Shown piece after piece: positions 45,291-56,483 of a stretch of DNA of 64,000 nucleotides. Both the position numbers and the translations under genes were made by a program. The notes below the pieces were generated by a model. It was not told where the DNA came from, searched no databases, and was given only the letters and a program-made list of their open reading frames with translations. The stretch comes from a candidate division FCPU426 bacterium (GTDB taxonomy: Bacteria; Oederibacteriota; Muellerivitia; Muellerivitales; Muellerivitaceae): the NCBI GenBank assembly GCA_963796105.1, contig CAWCKJ010000004.1, positions 384,001-448,000 of the forward strand, read 5' to 3'. The first letter of the stretch is position 1, and the number at the start of each line of letters is the position of its first letter.

Positions 45291-45796
45291 ACTTTCTCCT
45301 TAATCATAGCGACAGCAAATCGGGACCGGTAACCCTGTTTAAGGTCACAAATTACGTCCTTAAAAAAGACTCTTTAATCCCAACTTGAAGTCGAAATTTG
45401 CGGCTTCAAGTTATTGAACTAACCCTTTTCGGCCAAGTCGCCTGAAAACCGGGTCTGAAGATTGCGTCTAACGGGCCTTCGCGCAAAGAATCTTGAAACC
45501 GTGGTTTGATTTCCGCTTGTTAGGAAATCCTCAATAATTCAAAATTTAAAATTCAAAACTCAAAATTGTCGCTCAAAGAGCGCATCGGATTCGTGGGTAT
45601 TTTAAATGTTGGATTTATTAGGCATCCACAAGAAAAGAGCTTCTGGTGGGAAAAAGTTTCACTAGGCTTATTTTCAGCCCAAAAAGGCGACCAGGGCCTA
45701 TTGGGGAAAAAAGCTGATGGAGGTTCTGCGAAAAATGGGTGCCTTTGGTTTCAGTTAAAAATGACATATCTTCTGACGCTCGCGGCCCTGGCCGCC

Positions 45797-46456
45797 TTAG
45801 TACCCCTTTTTTCTTCTTCCCCCAAAACCCAATGGATACCAATCCTTCTTCTTCGGCCTCAAGGGCTTTAACCATTTCGCGGCGGGTGAATTCGGCCCGG
45901 CCGCGTATGCCCTGTATCTCCTCAAGGTACGGTAATTCAATCCCATTCTTTTACTGGTTTTTTTTATATCCTCTCCCCGGCGGCTAAACCAAAATACGAA
46001 ATGGGACCTTATTGCCTTACGTGTCATTCCCATTAACCAAAGATTGGCCAAGGCTTTGTTTTCCGCCCTTGAGAATTTAGGGGCTTTGATGACCCGGTGG
46101 TAGAACCGGAAAACCCGCTCGCTAAAAGAATCCGTTTTTTCCGCCGAGTTTATCTGAAGCCAAATCTTCCTGAGTTTGTAAGTGGACGATTTTTTCGCCT
46201 TATGCTTGAAAATATTAATAAGTGTGTTTCGGTGAAGGCCGAGAGTGCTTGAAAGGCTGAATACGTTGCCATTGACGTAGGCTAACCAGGTTATGAAGAA
46301 ATGGTTTTCCAAGTCATTGGGGAGTAATCCCCTGTTCCAAAGGGAGCCCAGTGCTTTAAGGCCCTGGATGTGGCTGCGTCTGGAATCGGCTGATTTCAGG
46401 ATAGACGGATCGACTTGGTGAAAGATTGATTTATTGCTTCCCTTTATAAGTTTCAT
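45797..46456 (-). CDS. Basic hypothetical protein with two Fis-type HTH-like motifs
   Basis: GNVFSLSSTLGLHRNTL and GEDIKKTSKRMGLNYRTLRRY. Confidence 0.55.
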   Translation of the reverse strand: MKLIKGSNKSIFHQVDPSILKSADSRRSHIQGLKALGSLWNRGLLPNDLENHFFITWLAYVNGNVFSLSSTLGLHRNTLINIFKHKAKKSSTYKLRKIWLQINSAEKTDSFSERVFRFYHRVIKAPKFSRAENKALANLWLMGMTRKAIRSHFVFWFSRRGEDIKKTSKRMGLNYRTLRRYRAYAAGPNSPAAKWLKPLRPKKKDWYPLGFGGRRKKGY

Positions 46457-46523
46457 ATACCACCCCGTTACTTATTGGACTACCAAAACGGAAAAGATAA
46501 TTATAAATGATATAATCCCCGAC

Positions 46524-46588
46524 AAGACGGCCTAATCCAATTCGCGAAATAGGCTGATTGGGGTTTCGGGGAAAAATAGGGGTAGATG
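46524..46588. repeat. Direct repeat, left of the hemerythrin-qNor-katG block
   Basis: aagaYggcctaatccaattcgcgaaataggctgatt...gaaaaa...ggtagatg; second copy at 52005. Confidence 0.85.
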
Positions 46589-46649
46589 GGTAGAAGGTTT
46601 GAACCGGACAGGAAACTGCGCTAATTCACCTTAAGACAGTTTCCATTCC

Positions 46650-47099
46650 TTAAACCAACGGGGAAACGGAAAGAGGGCGGAGAATTTCTTCCACGGTTCT
46701 CGCGTCGGATTCATTGAAAATCCCCTCGATTCGCGCGAAAAACAAATCCTCCTCGAAGCGGATGTGAAGGACGAGGGTTTCGGAAAACCGAAGCAGGTTT
46801 TCTGCCGTATTTTGGGATAGGAGGGATTCCAGGAACCGGTGTTCCCTCCTGATCCTTCCCGCGTCCGGGTCGTCTTTCCCAAACCTTGCCTCAAACAGCC
46901 CCAATATCCTTTCCTCATCCCAGAAATGCCGGCGAAGTTCGTCGTCGAATAACCCTCGGACCTCAGCAGACAGTTCCCCAAGGGTTTTATCCTTGTTTTC
47001 AACTCCCGGGCCAGAAAGTCCTTCCCTTATTTTCTTGGCGGCCATCAAGGCCCGGTGATGGGATTGGCTCAGGGGCCAAAGATATTTCTCGCGCTTCAT
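46650..47099 (-). CDS. Hemerythrin-like domain protein
   Basis: PLSQSHH, HFWDEE, REH, HIRFEE. Confidence 0.85.
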   Translation of the reverse strand: MKREKYLWPLSQSHHRALMAAKKIREGLSGPGVENKDKTLGELSAEVRGLFDDELRRHFWDEERILGLFEARFGKDDPDAGRIRREHRFLESLLSQNTAENLLRFSETLVLHIRFEEDLFFARIEGIFNESDARTVEEILRPLSVSPLV

Positions 47100-47108
47100 G
47101 GTTCACCC

Positions 47109-49364
47109 TCATTTGGCATCGGCCTTTTTCAGGTGGAACATCGATATGGCCGTGAAATAAAGCAATGGTAGTACGCCCCCCGCGGTGAAAACCAGGTCTC
47201 CCGCCACCCTGGCCCAAGTCAGGCCCTGGACGATGGGCTGGTTCCAAAACTCAACGCTTCGCGCGAACCAATAGCCCCGGGTGTAGCTTTGAACCATTTC
47301 CAGTATCCCTACCGGGAATATATCCAGCATCAGCATCATCATGAGCCCGATCTGGAGCGACCAGAAGGAAACCCTCAGGATGCGGTTCGACCAGAACTCC
47401 GGCTTGACCAGGAACCGCAGGACGAACACCAGCGCGGCGATGGCCAAATTGCCGTAAACGCCCATGAGGGCCGCGTGGCCGTGGTTGGGCGTCAGGTAGG
47501 TGGCGTGCTCGTAGTAGCTCACGATGGGCAGGTTGATCAGGAAGCCGAATACGCCCGCCCCCAGGAAATTCCAGAATCCCACCGCGATGAGGAACATGAC
47601 CGCCCAGTAATGGGCGAAGAACCCGTCCGATTCCTTGGTTCCAGCCTCCCCCCTCCTGAGCTTGGCGAAATCGTAGGCTTCCAGGGTCAAAAGCAGGAGC
47701 GGCACCACTTCCATTGCGGAGAAAAAAGCGCCGAGGGCCAGGTTGATGGCGGGCTGGGCCGTCCAGTAATAGTGGTGGCCCGTCCCGATCATGCCGGAGC
47801 CCAAATAGAGGAGGATGTCCAGGTAAACCACGCGGATCGCGGTCTTGGTGGTGACGAGCCCCAGGATGACGAAGAAGTAAGCCACCACGATGGTGGTGAA
47901 AAGCTCGAAGAAGCCCTCCACCCAAAGATGGACCACCCACCAGCGCCAAAAGTCGGCCACCGCGAAATTGGTCCGGGGGGTGTAAAGCATGCCGAAGGAA
48001 AACATGAGGGGTATCGCGAGGATGGCGTAAACCAAAAGGTAAGGGAGGCTTCCCCAATCCTGCCCCTTCAGCCTTCCCCAAACCGCCCTCACCACCAGCA
48101 CCGCCCAAATGCCCATTCCAGCCGTCAGGAGCGCCTGCCAGAACCGGCCCAGTTCCAGGTATTCCCAGCCCTGGTGCCCGAACCAGAACCAATATTTCCC
48201 AAGCTGGGCCTTGATGCCCAGGTACTCGCCCACGATGGAGCCAACCGCCACCAGCACCACCGCCCCGAAAAGCACGTTCACCCAGAAGGCCTGGTGCTTG
48301 GGTTCCTTCCCCCCGATGAATGGGGCGATGAAGAGGCCAGCGGCAAGCCAGGCTGTGGCGATCCAGAAGATGGCAAGCTGGAGGTGCCAGCTCCGGGTGA
48401 TGGTAGTGGGCAGGATGTCGCGGATGTCGATGCCGTAAAAACCCGTGGCCTCCACGAAATAGTGCGCCGTGAAAACGCCCATCAAGGTCTGGAAGGCGAA
48501 CAAGGCCGCGACGATGAGGAAATATTTGTAGGTGGCCAATTGGCTGGGAGTGATGGTGAAATTTTTCAAAGGCAGGCTTTTCCGGATGGAGGGTTCATCC
48601 CCTCCCCAACCCAAGTAATCGAAGCGGCCGAAAAACATCAAGACCAGCGCGATGCCTCCCAATAGGGAGATGAGAGACAGGGCGCTCCAAAGAAACACCG
48701 CCTTTGTGGGCCTATTGCCCGCGGCGTCCTCGGGGGGCCAGTTGTTGGTATAGCTGTAGGCTTTGCCGGGCCTCGCGGCGGAGGCGGCCCACGCGGTCCA
48801 GGCGAAGAATTCAGTCAGCTTTTGGACCTCCTCCCTGCTCTTGATGTAATTCCTCGGGAGGGTGTGGTCCGCCCCCGAATTGATGAACATGTCCTCATAT
48901 ACATCCATCAGGGCCGGAAGGGCCTGGGCCTGTTCCTGGGTAAAGACCAGGTTTTTCGCGGAGGCATCATAGCGGTTGGTTTTGATGTCGGAAACCACTT
49001 CCTGGTCGATCTGGGCTTTCTGGTTCGCGGGAAGGATGGAATAAGCCTGCTTGAATTCGGCCTGGGATTTGCTTTCCCGCTGGAGCCAAGCGGAGCGGTG
49101 GAGGTAGTCGTCCGTGAAATCCGGACCACGGTAGGCGCCGTGCCCGAAAACCGAGCCGTAATCCATCAGCCCATAGCGCTGGAATACCGCTTGTCCCGAA
49201 AGGATGTCCTCCCCGGTGAAAAGGACATTTCCGGAGGGATCAGTGACTTTGTCCGGGATGGGCGGGGCGTACTCATAAGTATTGTGCCCCATGAACATGA
49301 GTACCGTGAAACCGATCATCAGGACTAAGATCGCGCCATGCCGCCAAGCTTTTGATATTTCCAT
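47109..49364 (-). CDS. norB: Quinol-dependent nitric oxide reductase (qNor)
   Basis: GHGAYRGPDFT, YSYTNNWP, HLQLAIFWI, WRWWVVHLWVEGFFE, GTGHHYYW, HGHAALMGVYG. Confidence 0.95.
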   Translation of the reverse strand: MEISKAWRHGAILVLMIGFTVLMFMGHNTYEYAPPIPDKVTDPSGNVLFTGEDILSGQAVFQRYGLMDYGSVFGHGAYRGPDFTDDYLHRSAWLQRESKSQAEFKQAYSILPANQKAQIDQEVVSDIKTNRYDASAKNLVFTQEQAQALPALMDVYEDMFINSGADHTLPRNYIKSREEVQKLTEFFAWTAWAASAARPGKAYSYTNNWPPEDAAGNRPTKAVFLWSALSLISLLGGIALVLMFFGRFDYLGWGGDEPSIRKSLPLKNFTITPSQLATYKYFLIVAALFAFQTLMGVFTAHYFVEATGFYGIDIRDILPTTITRSWHLQLAIFWIATAWLAAGLFIAPFIGGKEPKHQAFWVNVLFGAVVLVAVGSIVGEYLGIKAQLGKYWFWFGHQGWEYLELGRFWQALLTAGMGIWAVLVVRAVWGRLKGQDWGSLPYLLVYAILAIPLMFSFGMLYTPRTNFAVADFWRWWVVHLWVEGFFELFTTIVVAYFFVILGLVTTKTAIRVVYLDILLYLGSGMIGTGHHYYWTAQPAINLALGAFFSAMEVVPLLLLTLEAYDFAKLRRGEAGTKESDGFFAHYWAVMFLIAVGFWNFLGAGVFGFLINLPIVSYYEHATYLTPNHGHAALMGVYGNLAIAALVFVLRFLVKPEFWSNRILRVSFWSLQIGLMMMLMLDIFPVGILEMVQSYTRGYWFARSVEFWNQPIVQGLTWARVAGDLVFTAGGVLPLLYFTAISMFHLKKADAK

Positions 49365-49427
49365 TGATAACCCCCTGTAAATAGTTTTTTACTAAGGATG
49401 ATTCTACTTTTCGCCCCCGTGCCCGAT

Positions 49428-49441
49428 ATGACTTTAGTCAC
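49428..49441. promoter_or_regulatory. Candidate CRP/FNR-family-like box upstream of qNor
   Basis: ATGAC-ttta-GTCAC, ~64 bp upstream of the ATG. Confidence 0.5.
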
Positions 49442-49587
49442 GGCCAATATACAGCGGTTCTATATTTACACCTGAAAAGTATTGTCCCTAGGCGGCCAAG
49501 CAAAAAAAGGCCTTTTGGAAGGAAAAAGTTTCATCATTCTTAATTTTCAGGCAATCTATTCCGCCCTGGACTGGTTACAGAAACACA

Positions 49588-49622
49588 AAAAGCCCTTGCC
49601 CCAAGAAAGGGCAAGGGCTTTA
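49588..49622 (-). terminator. Terminator after katG
   Basis: aaaagcccttgccc-caagaaa-gggcaagggcttt. Confidence 0.8.
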
Positions 49623-49642
49623 AGTTTTCTCAAAAGCCTGAA

Positions 49643-51844
<2,202 letters not shown>

Positions 51845-51910
51845 TCACTCCTTGAAGATAAAAATAACCTAATCGCTGAACGAGAATAGGTTAAAAATGG
51901 GTATGAAAGG

Positions 51911-51926
51911 CATGACAATCGTCATG
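51911..51926. promoter_or_regulatory. Palindromic box upstream of katG
   Basis: CATGAC-aatc-GTCATG, ~70 bp upstream of the ATG. Confidence 0.5.
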
Positions 51927-52004
51927 TTAATAAGTCATGAATAGCTGGAAAAGAGCCTAAATTGAACTACTTAACCCGCTGGAAGGTTTTATGCCTTAGA
52001 ACAA

Positions 52005-52069
52005 AAGATGGCCTAATCCAATTCGCGAAATAGGCTGATTTGGATTTTTATGAAAAACATCGGTAGATG
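52005..52069. repeat. Direct repeat, right of the hemerythrin-qNor-katG block
   Basis: Matches 46524-46588. Confidence 0.85.
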
Positions 52070-52337
52070 TTTTTGGGAACTACTCAGGCATTTCTAGTCT
52101 TTAATAATGGAACTTTTGTAATCATTATTATCAAATTCATGGACTTTTTCTTGGGGTTGGTTTGCCTGGTTGAGGCGGTATAAAAAAACCCAAATGGCGA
52201 TCAACCCAAGGCTGGCGGTTACAAACCCGATAATACAGGCCATTTGAATCCCCGTTTGATGGACGTTGTCGAAATAACCATTCACCAGCCAGGTGACCAA
52301 AAAAATCCAAGCGACAGTCAAATGCCTCTCCAAACGG

Positions 52338-53306
52338 TACCTGTTGAAATAAAGGAATACAGGAGTATACTCATTGTTGGAGGGGCAAATTATGAACTAC
52401 CAACGGATGAAGGGGATTGAGATTTTCAAGGAAATCGATACAGAAGAAAAGGCACGTCAATGGGTGTGGAAGAGCCGTTTTGCCGGAAAAGACTTTGTTT
52501 GCCCACAATGTGAAGGAGAAAGTTTCTGGCAACACAAAAACCGCCCCGAAGTGCGGGAATGTGACTATTGTCGAAAGCAAATACGGCTTCGAGCCGGAAC
52601 GATCTTCCGGAAATCCAAGATCCCAATCTTAACCTGGTTGAGGATGATTGGATTGGTGATGCAAGGGAAAAGGGGCATTTCAGCCCTGGAACTTCAGCGG
52701 CAATTGGGAATGCCCTCCTACGATACCGTTTGGAGGATGTTGCATAAGATTCGGGAAAGTCTTCGACAAAGGGATGAAAATTACCAACTCAAGGAAATCA
52801 TTGAGTTGGATGGGGCTGTATTCGGCAAGAGAGAAAAGGAAAACCAGGCTGAAGTGCTGGTGGCGGTTGAAAGCAAAGAATGGATAGATGAGAAAGGGCG
52901 CAAAAAAGAGAAAGCGGGTTTTGCAAAGATAAAGGTGACCGCAGAAACCAAGTGGGAAGCCCAAGCATTCGTCGATCAAGCAATCCAGAAAGGCGCCATG
53001 ATAAACACGGATGCCAGTCCCAGCTTGAGAAACTTGGAAAACGTGGATGTGGAGTACCAGGTAACAGCCAATGACCCAGTGGTGTTAAATCACTGGTTAC
53101 CTTGGGTCCACCGATTCATTTCCAACGCCAAGGCTTGGATCCTAGGAACCCATCATGGAGTCAACGTGAAATATCTGCCTGGATACTTGAGCGAATATAC
53201 TTATCGGTTCAATCGTCGCCATGACCCAGATTCCTTATTTCACCGGGCCTTAACCGCTTGCGCTTTGGCAAAACCCATTACTGCGCAAGCGTTGTTCGGA
53301 TAGGCA
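52338..53306 (+). mobile_element. IS1595-family insertion sequence
   Basis: Imperfect terminal inverted repeats TACCTGTTGAAATAA / TGCCTATCCGAACAA enclosing a single transposase gene. Confidence 0.85.
52374..53303 (+). CDS. IS1595-family transposase
   Basis: CPQC..CDYC zinc ribbon, GISALELQRQLG, IELD, NTD, GTHHGV...YLSEYTYRFNRR. Confidence 0.95.
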   Translation: MLEGQIMNYQRMKGIEIFKEIDTEEKARQWVWKSRFAGKDFVCPQCEGESFWQHKNRPEVRECDYCRKQIRLRAGTIFRKSKIPILTWLRMIGLVMQGKRGISALELQRQLGMPSYDTVWRMLHKIRESLRQRDENYQLKEIIELDGAVFGKREKENQAEVLVAVESKEWIDEKGRKKEKAGFAKIKVTAETKWEAQAFVDQAIQKGAMINTDASPSLRNLENVDVEYQVTANDPVVLNHWLPWVHRFISNAKAWILGTHHGVNVKYLPGYLSEYTYRFNRRHDPDSLFHRALTACALAKPITAQALFG

Positions 53307-53892
53307 TGGACAGTCACGAAAGCCCCATATTGCCACCATCTCCACAATTTCAATATATTGGCCAGGTCCTCCTTGATCACGGCTTCCCTCCCGGGATATT
53401 CCCTGGTTTTCGGGTTCCCATGATAGGCCGGAGAATCATCCTCGACTGCTTCCAGGTCAGGCTTTTCCCTAGGCTTGGCCTCGCTTTTCTCGACCGATAA
53501 GTCTTTCAAAAATTTCGCCAGGACGGTTTTCCGCTTCTCGATGTCGTCAGCGCCGCCGCCCAATTCCCCCCAAACCTTCAGGTCCGCGCCCGACTCAATA
53601 ATCCCTTTGACCTTGAGCAATATTTCCGGTTCCAGCGCCTTGCATTCCCACTGGGCCTTGGCCAGGGCAAACCAGAAATTGTCCAAATCGTCCGGATTAT
53701 CCATCAAGTCCTGGTTCTCGGCCTTGAGTTCCGGGGTAATTTCGGCGGCTGAAAGCCCTTGGTTATAGAGATCGAAAAATTCATCGTAAACATCCATGAA
53801 AGTGTCGTTCTCGTCTATTTCCGTTCCCCATGCGCCCATTGTCATTTCCTTTCAATCTTCTTCGTTCACCATCCCTGCCGATCACTATGGAG

Positions 53893-54887
53893 CTATTGGC
53901 TCCCTGCGGTTGACAACTCCTTTGAGTCACTTGACCATCTTTTTTTAAGGTTTTTGATGGCTTTTTTGGCTGGTTCAAAACCAAGATCTGCGGCCTTCTT
54001 ATACCACTTTATGGTTTCCTGAAAATCCTGGGAGACGCCATTTCCTTTTTCATACAAATTACCAATATTGTATTCAGCAACCGCGTTACCTTGGTTAGCA
54101 GCCTTTTGATACCACTTCATGGCTTCCTGATAATTACGGGAGACTCCATAACCGTGCACATAAAAAATACCAATATTGCATTCAGAATATGCATCCCCTT
54201 GTTCAGCTCCCTTTCGGTACCATTTTATTGCTTCTTTGTAATCCTGGCTTACTCCATCCCGGCAAAATCTTGGGAAGCCGCCTTTTGAAACCACATCATT
54301 GCTTCTTGGTAATCTTGAGTCACACCGTAACCTTGTTCATACAAACAACCAATAAAATATTCAGCGGCAGGATCCCGTTTCGTAGCGGCTTTTTGATACC
54401 ATTTCATTGCTTCATGATAATTTTTGGTTACGCCCTGTCCATTTTGGTAAAGAAAACCAATCGATTTTTCAGCAAGAAGATTTCCATGTTTAGCGGCCTT
54501 TTGATACCATTTCATAGCCATATTAAAATCTTGTGCCACGCCTTTCCCTTGGGAATATAAAATACCAATATTACATTCAGACCTTGCGTCACCTTTTTCA
54601 GCCGCTTTTTGCCACCACTTCATGGCTTCACGGCAATCTTGTGGCACCCCTTGTCCCTCGCAATACAGGCTGGCAATATCGGATTCTGCACTGGCGTTTC
54701 CCTTTGCGGCCGCTTTTCGTAACAACTCCATGGCTTTGGAATAATCCCCAGCTTCATACGCTACCGAAGAGCTTTTAATTTCTTCATCTCCCGGATTGGA
54801 TTGCGAGTATAGAAAAAAGGGACAACAAACTGAAAAACCGATTATGGCGACTAATACTTGTATGCCATTGATAAATATATTATTCAT
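53893..54887 (-). pseudogene. Secreted Sel1-like repeat protein, frameshifted
   Basis: Sel1 repeats (WYQKAA..G...AE..IG.LY..G.GV.QD) in two frames, with the break at ~54260. Confidence 0.85.
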
Positions 54888-55050
54888 TATTTATACCTTT
54901 CGTTTTTTCGTCCAACTCGCCTCCCCATAGTGGACAAGCTTAAAGCCATTCCATTTGAATTTGAAGAAAAAGGGCAAAAAACAAAAGCGTATGAATTGGT
55001 TAGAAGGGTTTTGTGGGGAATAAAAGAAACTTTTAATTGAATTTTTTCTC

Positions 55051-55186
55051 GAAGGGAACTTTCGTCCCGCCGCACAAGGCGGCGCCGAATCCTGGGGTTC
55101 GAACCCTTCCTTTTCAATCAATAAACCCCAGCCACCCTATAAGGGGATCTGGGGTTTAATGGCGGAGAGAGGCTCAGAACGAAAGA
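55051..55186 (-). repeat. tRNA-linked repeat, copy 3
   Basis: Contains the tRNA 3' end CTCTCTCCGCCA plus the same hairpins as the copies at 56076 and 56246. Confidence 0.92.
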
Positions 55187-55230
55187 CAAGGGACGACCCT
55201 CCGGAATGCCTAGTTCTCCGCTCCCAACGG

Positions 55231-55635
55231 CTACAACGAATTTAAGAATTGGGCCGTACTTTGAATCAATATACCTCGGGTCTTACGGGGCTTATTCATG
55301 TGGGGGCCAAAATCCTTCAAGTCCCCTGTTAGCAAATGGGTGGCGCGCGCATGGACCGCCGAGAGGAATATGGGTTTGTCCTTGTTGGGGAGATGGATAG
55401 GACAATTTTCCTCTGTAATAGTAGGAATGGTTTCAACCCAACGGGAAAGGGTTCTTAAGTTGGGCAAAGCAACAGGTCTTTTGAGGGTAAGGTTTCTTTC
55501 GGCTTCCAACCAAGCCCAATCACAAGTGATGAAAACCCAGCCTGCTTCCCGGCCGGTTTGAATTAGGACATGATGGGAACTTCGAGGATCATAAGCGGCG
55601 GAGAAAAGAACGTTCGCGTCGAGGAAAATCCTCAT
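55231..55635 (-). CDS. PIN-domain (VapC-like) toxin
   Basis: FLDANVLFSA, EAERNL, KDKPIFLSA, HLLTGDLKDF. Confidence 0.88.
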   Translation of the reverse strand: MRIFLDANVLFSAAYDPRSSHHVLIQTGREAGWVFITCDWAWLEAERNLTLKRPVALPNLRTLSRWVETIPTITEENCPIHLPNKDKPIFLSAVHARATHLLTGDLKDFGPHMNKPRKTRGILIQSTAQFLNSL

Positions 55636-55889
55636 TTCTTATGACTGAGTATCTTTTTGCGAAGGGAGGCCGTTGCCTCCCGCGTCAAGCGGCCCTCTTT
55701 TTTCCAGCGGGCGATTTGTTCATTTGAATACAATTCAATTTCAAATGGTTTCAAAAGCAAATTATTTCCGTGTTCTTTCACTACAAAGGCACAGCCTGTT
55801 TTTGTTCCCAATTGCCGTTTAAAAGACGCGGGCAACGATAGTACACCGCCTTGAAGAACGGCTATGGATCCTGAAGATTTTTGGTTCAT
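55632..55889 (-). CDS. AbrB/MazE-like antitoxin
   Basis: GVLSLPASFKRQLG...G...VVKE.GNNLLLKP; ATGA overlap with the PIN gene. Confidence 0.78.
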   Translation of the reverse strand: MNQKSSGSIAVLQGGVLSLPASFKRQLGTKTGCAFVVKEHGNNLLLKPFEIELYSNEQIARWKKEGRLTREATASLRKKILSHKK

Positions 55890-56075
55890 GGTTGTAACTC
55901 CCCGTCCTGACTATCGTTGATACCCTGCGATGCGAAAGGCTGGCTTCCTGAATAATTATACAATACACAATTCCAATAAAGAAACCGAGCATTCAGGAAA
56001 CTTTTTCATAAGGAATGCCTTCCCCCCGGCAAGTCTGCGCTCTAGGCAATCGGCAACATTTAACTAAATTTTTTT

Positions 56076-56210
56076 GAAGGAAACTTTCGTCCCGCCGCCA
56101 AAGGCGGCGCCGAACCCTGGGGTTCGAAACCTTCCTTTTCAATCAATAAACCCCAGCCACCCTATAAGGGGAGCTGGGGTTTATTGGCGGAGAGAGCGCT
56201 CAGAACGAAA
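56076..56210 (-). repeat. tRNA-linked repeat, copy 2
   Basis: As copy 3. Confidence 0.92.
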
Positions 56211-56245
56211 AGAACATTTATCTAAATTTTATTCTCAATGGTTAT

Positions 56246-56346
56246 TTTCGTCCCGCCGCCTTCGGCGGCGCCGAACCCAGGGGGTTCGAATCCTTCCTTT
56301 TCAATCAATAAACCCCAGCCCCCCCATAAGGGGAGCTGGGGTTTAT
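56246..56346 (-). repeat. tRNA-linked repeat, copy 1 (contiguous with the tRNA CCA end)
   Basis: As copies 2 and 3. Confidence 0.92.
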
Positions 56347-56436
56347 TGGCGGAGAGAGAGGGATTCGAACCCCCGTTACGCTTTCGCGTAAAGCTGATTT
56401 CGAGTCAGCCGCATTCGACCACTCTGCCATCTCTCC
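56347..56436 (-). tRNA. tRNA-Ser (anticodon CGA)
   Basis: GGAGAGA acceptor stem, TGGCAGAGTGG D-arm, GCTGA-CTCGAAA-TCAGC anticodon arm, long variable arm, GGTTCGAATCC T-arm, G discriminator and encoded CCA. Confidence 0.97.
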
Positions 56437-56483
56437 GGTCATTCCAAAACCCTTTGCTGGAAAGGGATTTACAACTTTTTCCT

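Larger units (their letters stand above)
52094..53839 (-). pseudogene. MGAWG-type (DUF4259-like N-terminus) membrane protein split by IS1595
   Basis: Removing 52338-53306 joins ...FVTVH|RLERHLTVAWIF... in frame. Confidence 0.7.

Noticed and set aside
55051..56346. CRISPR array or extra tRNA genes
   Set aside because: Repeats exceed 100 bp, intervals are 35 and ~890 bp, and only ~12 nt of the tRNA 3' end is duplicated, with no cloverleaf.
56347..56436. tRNA-Sec or suppressor tRNA
   Set aside because: The anticodon is CGA with a normal 7-bp acceptor stem, i.e. an ordinary tRNA-Ser.
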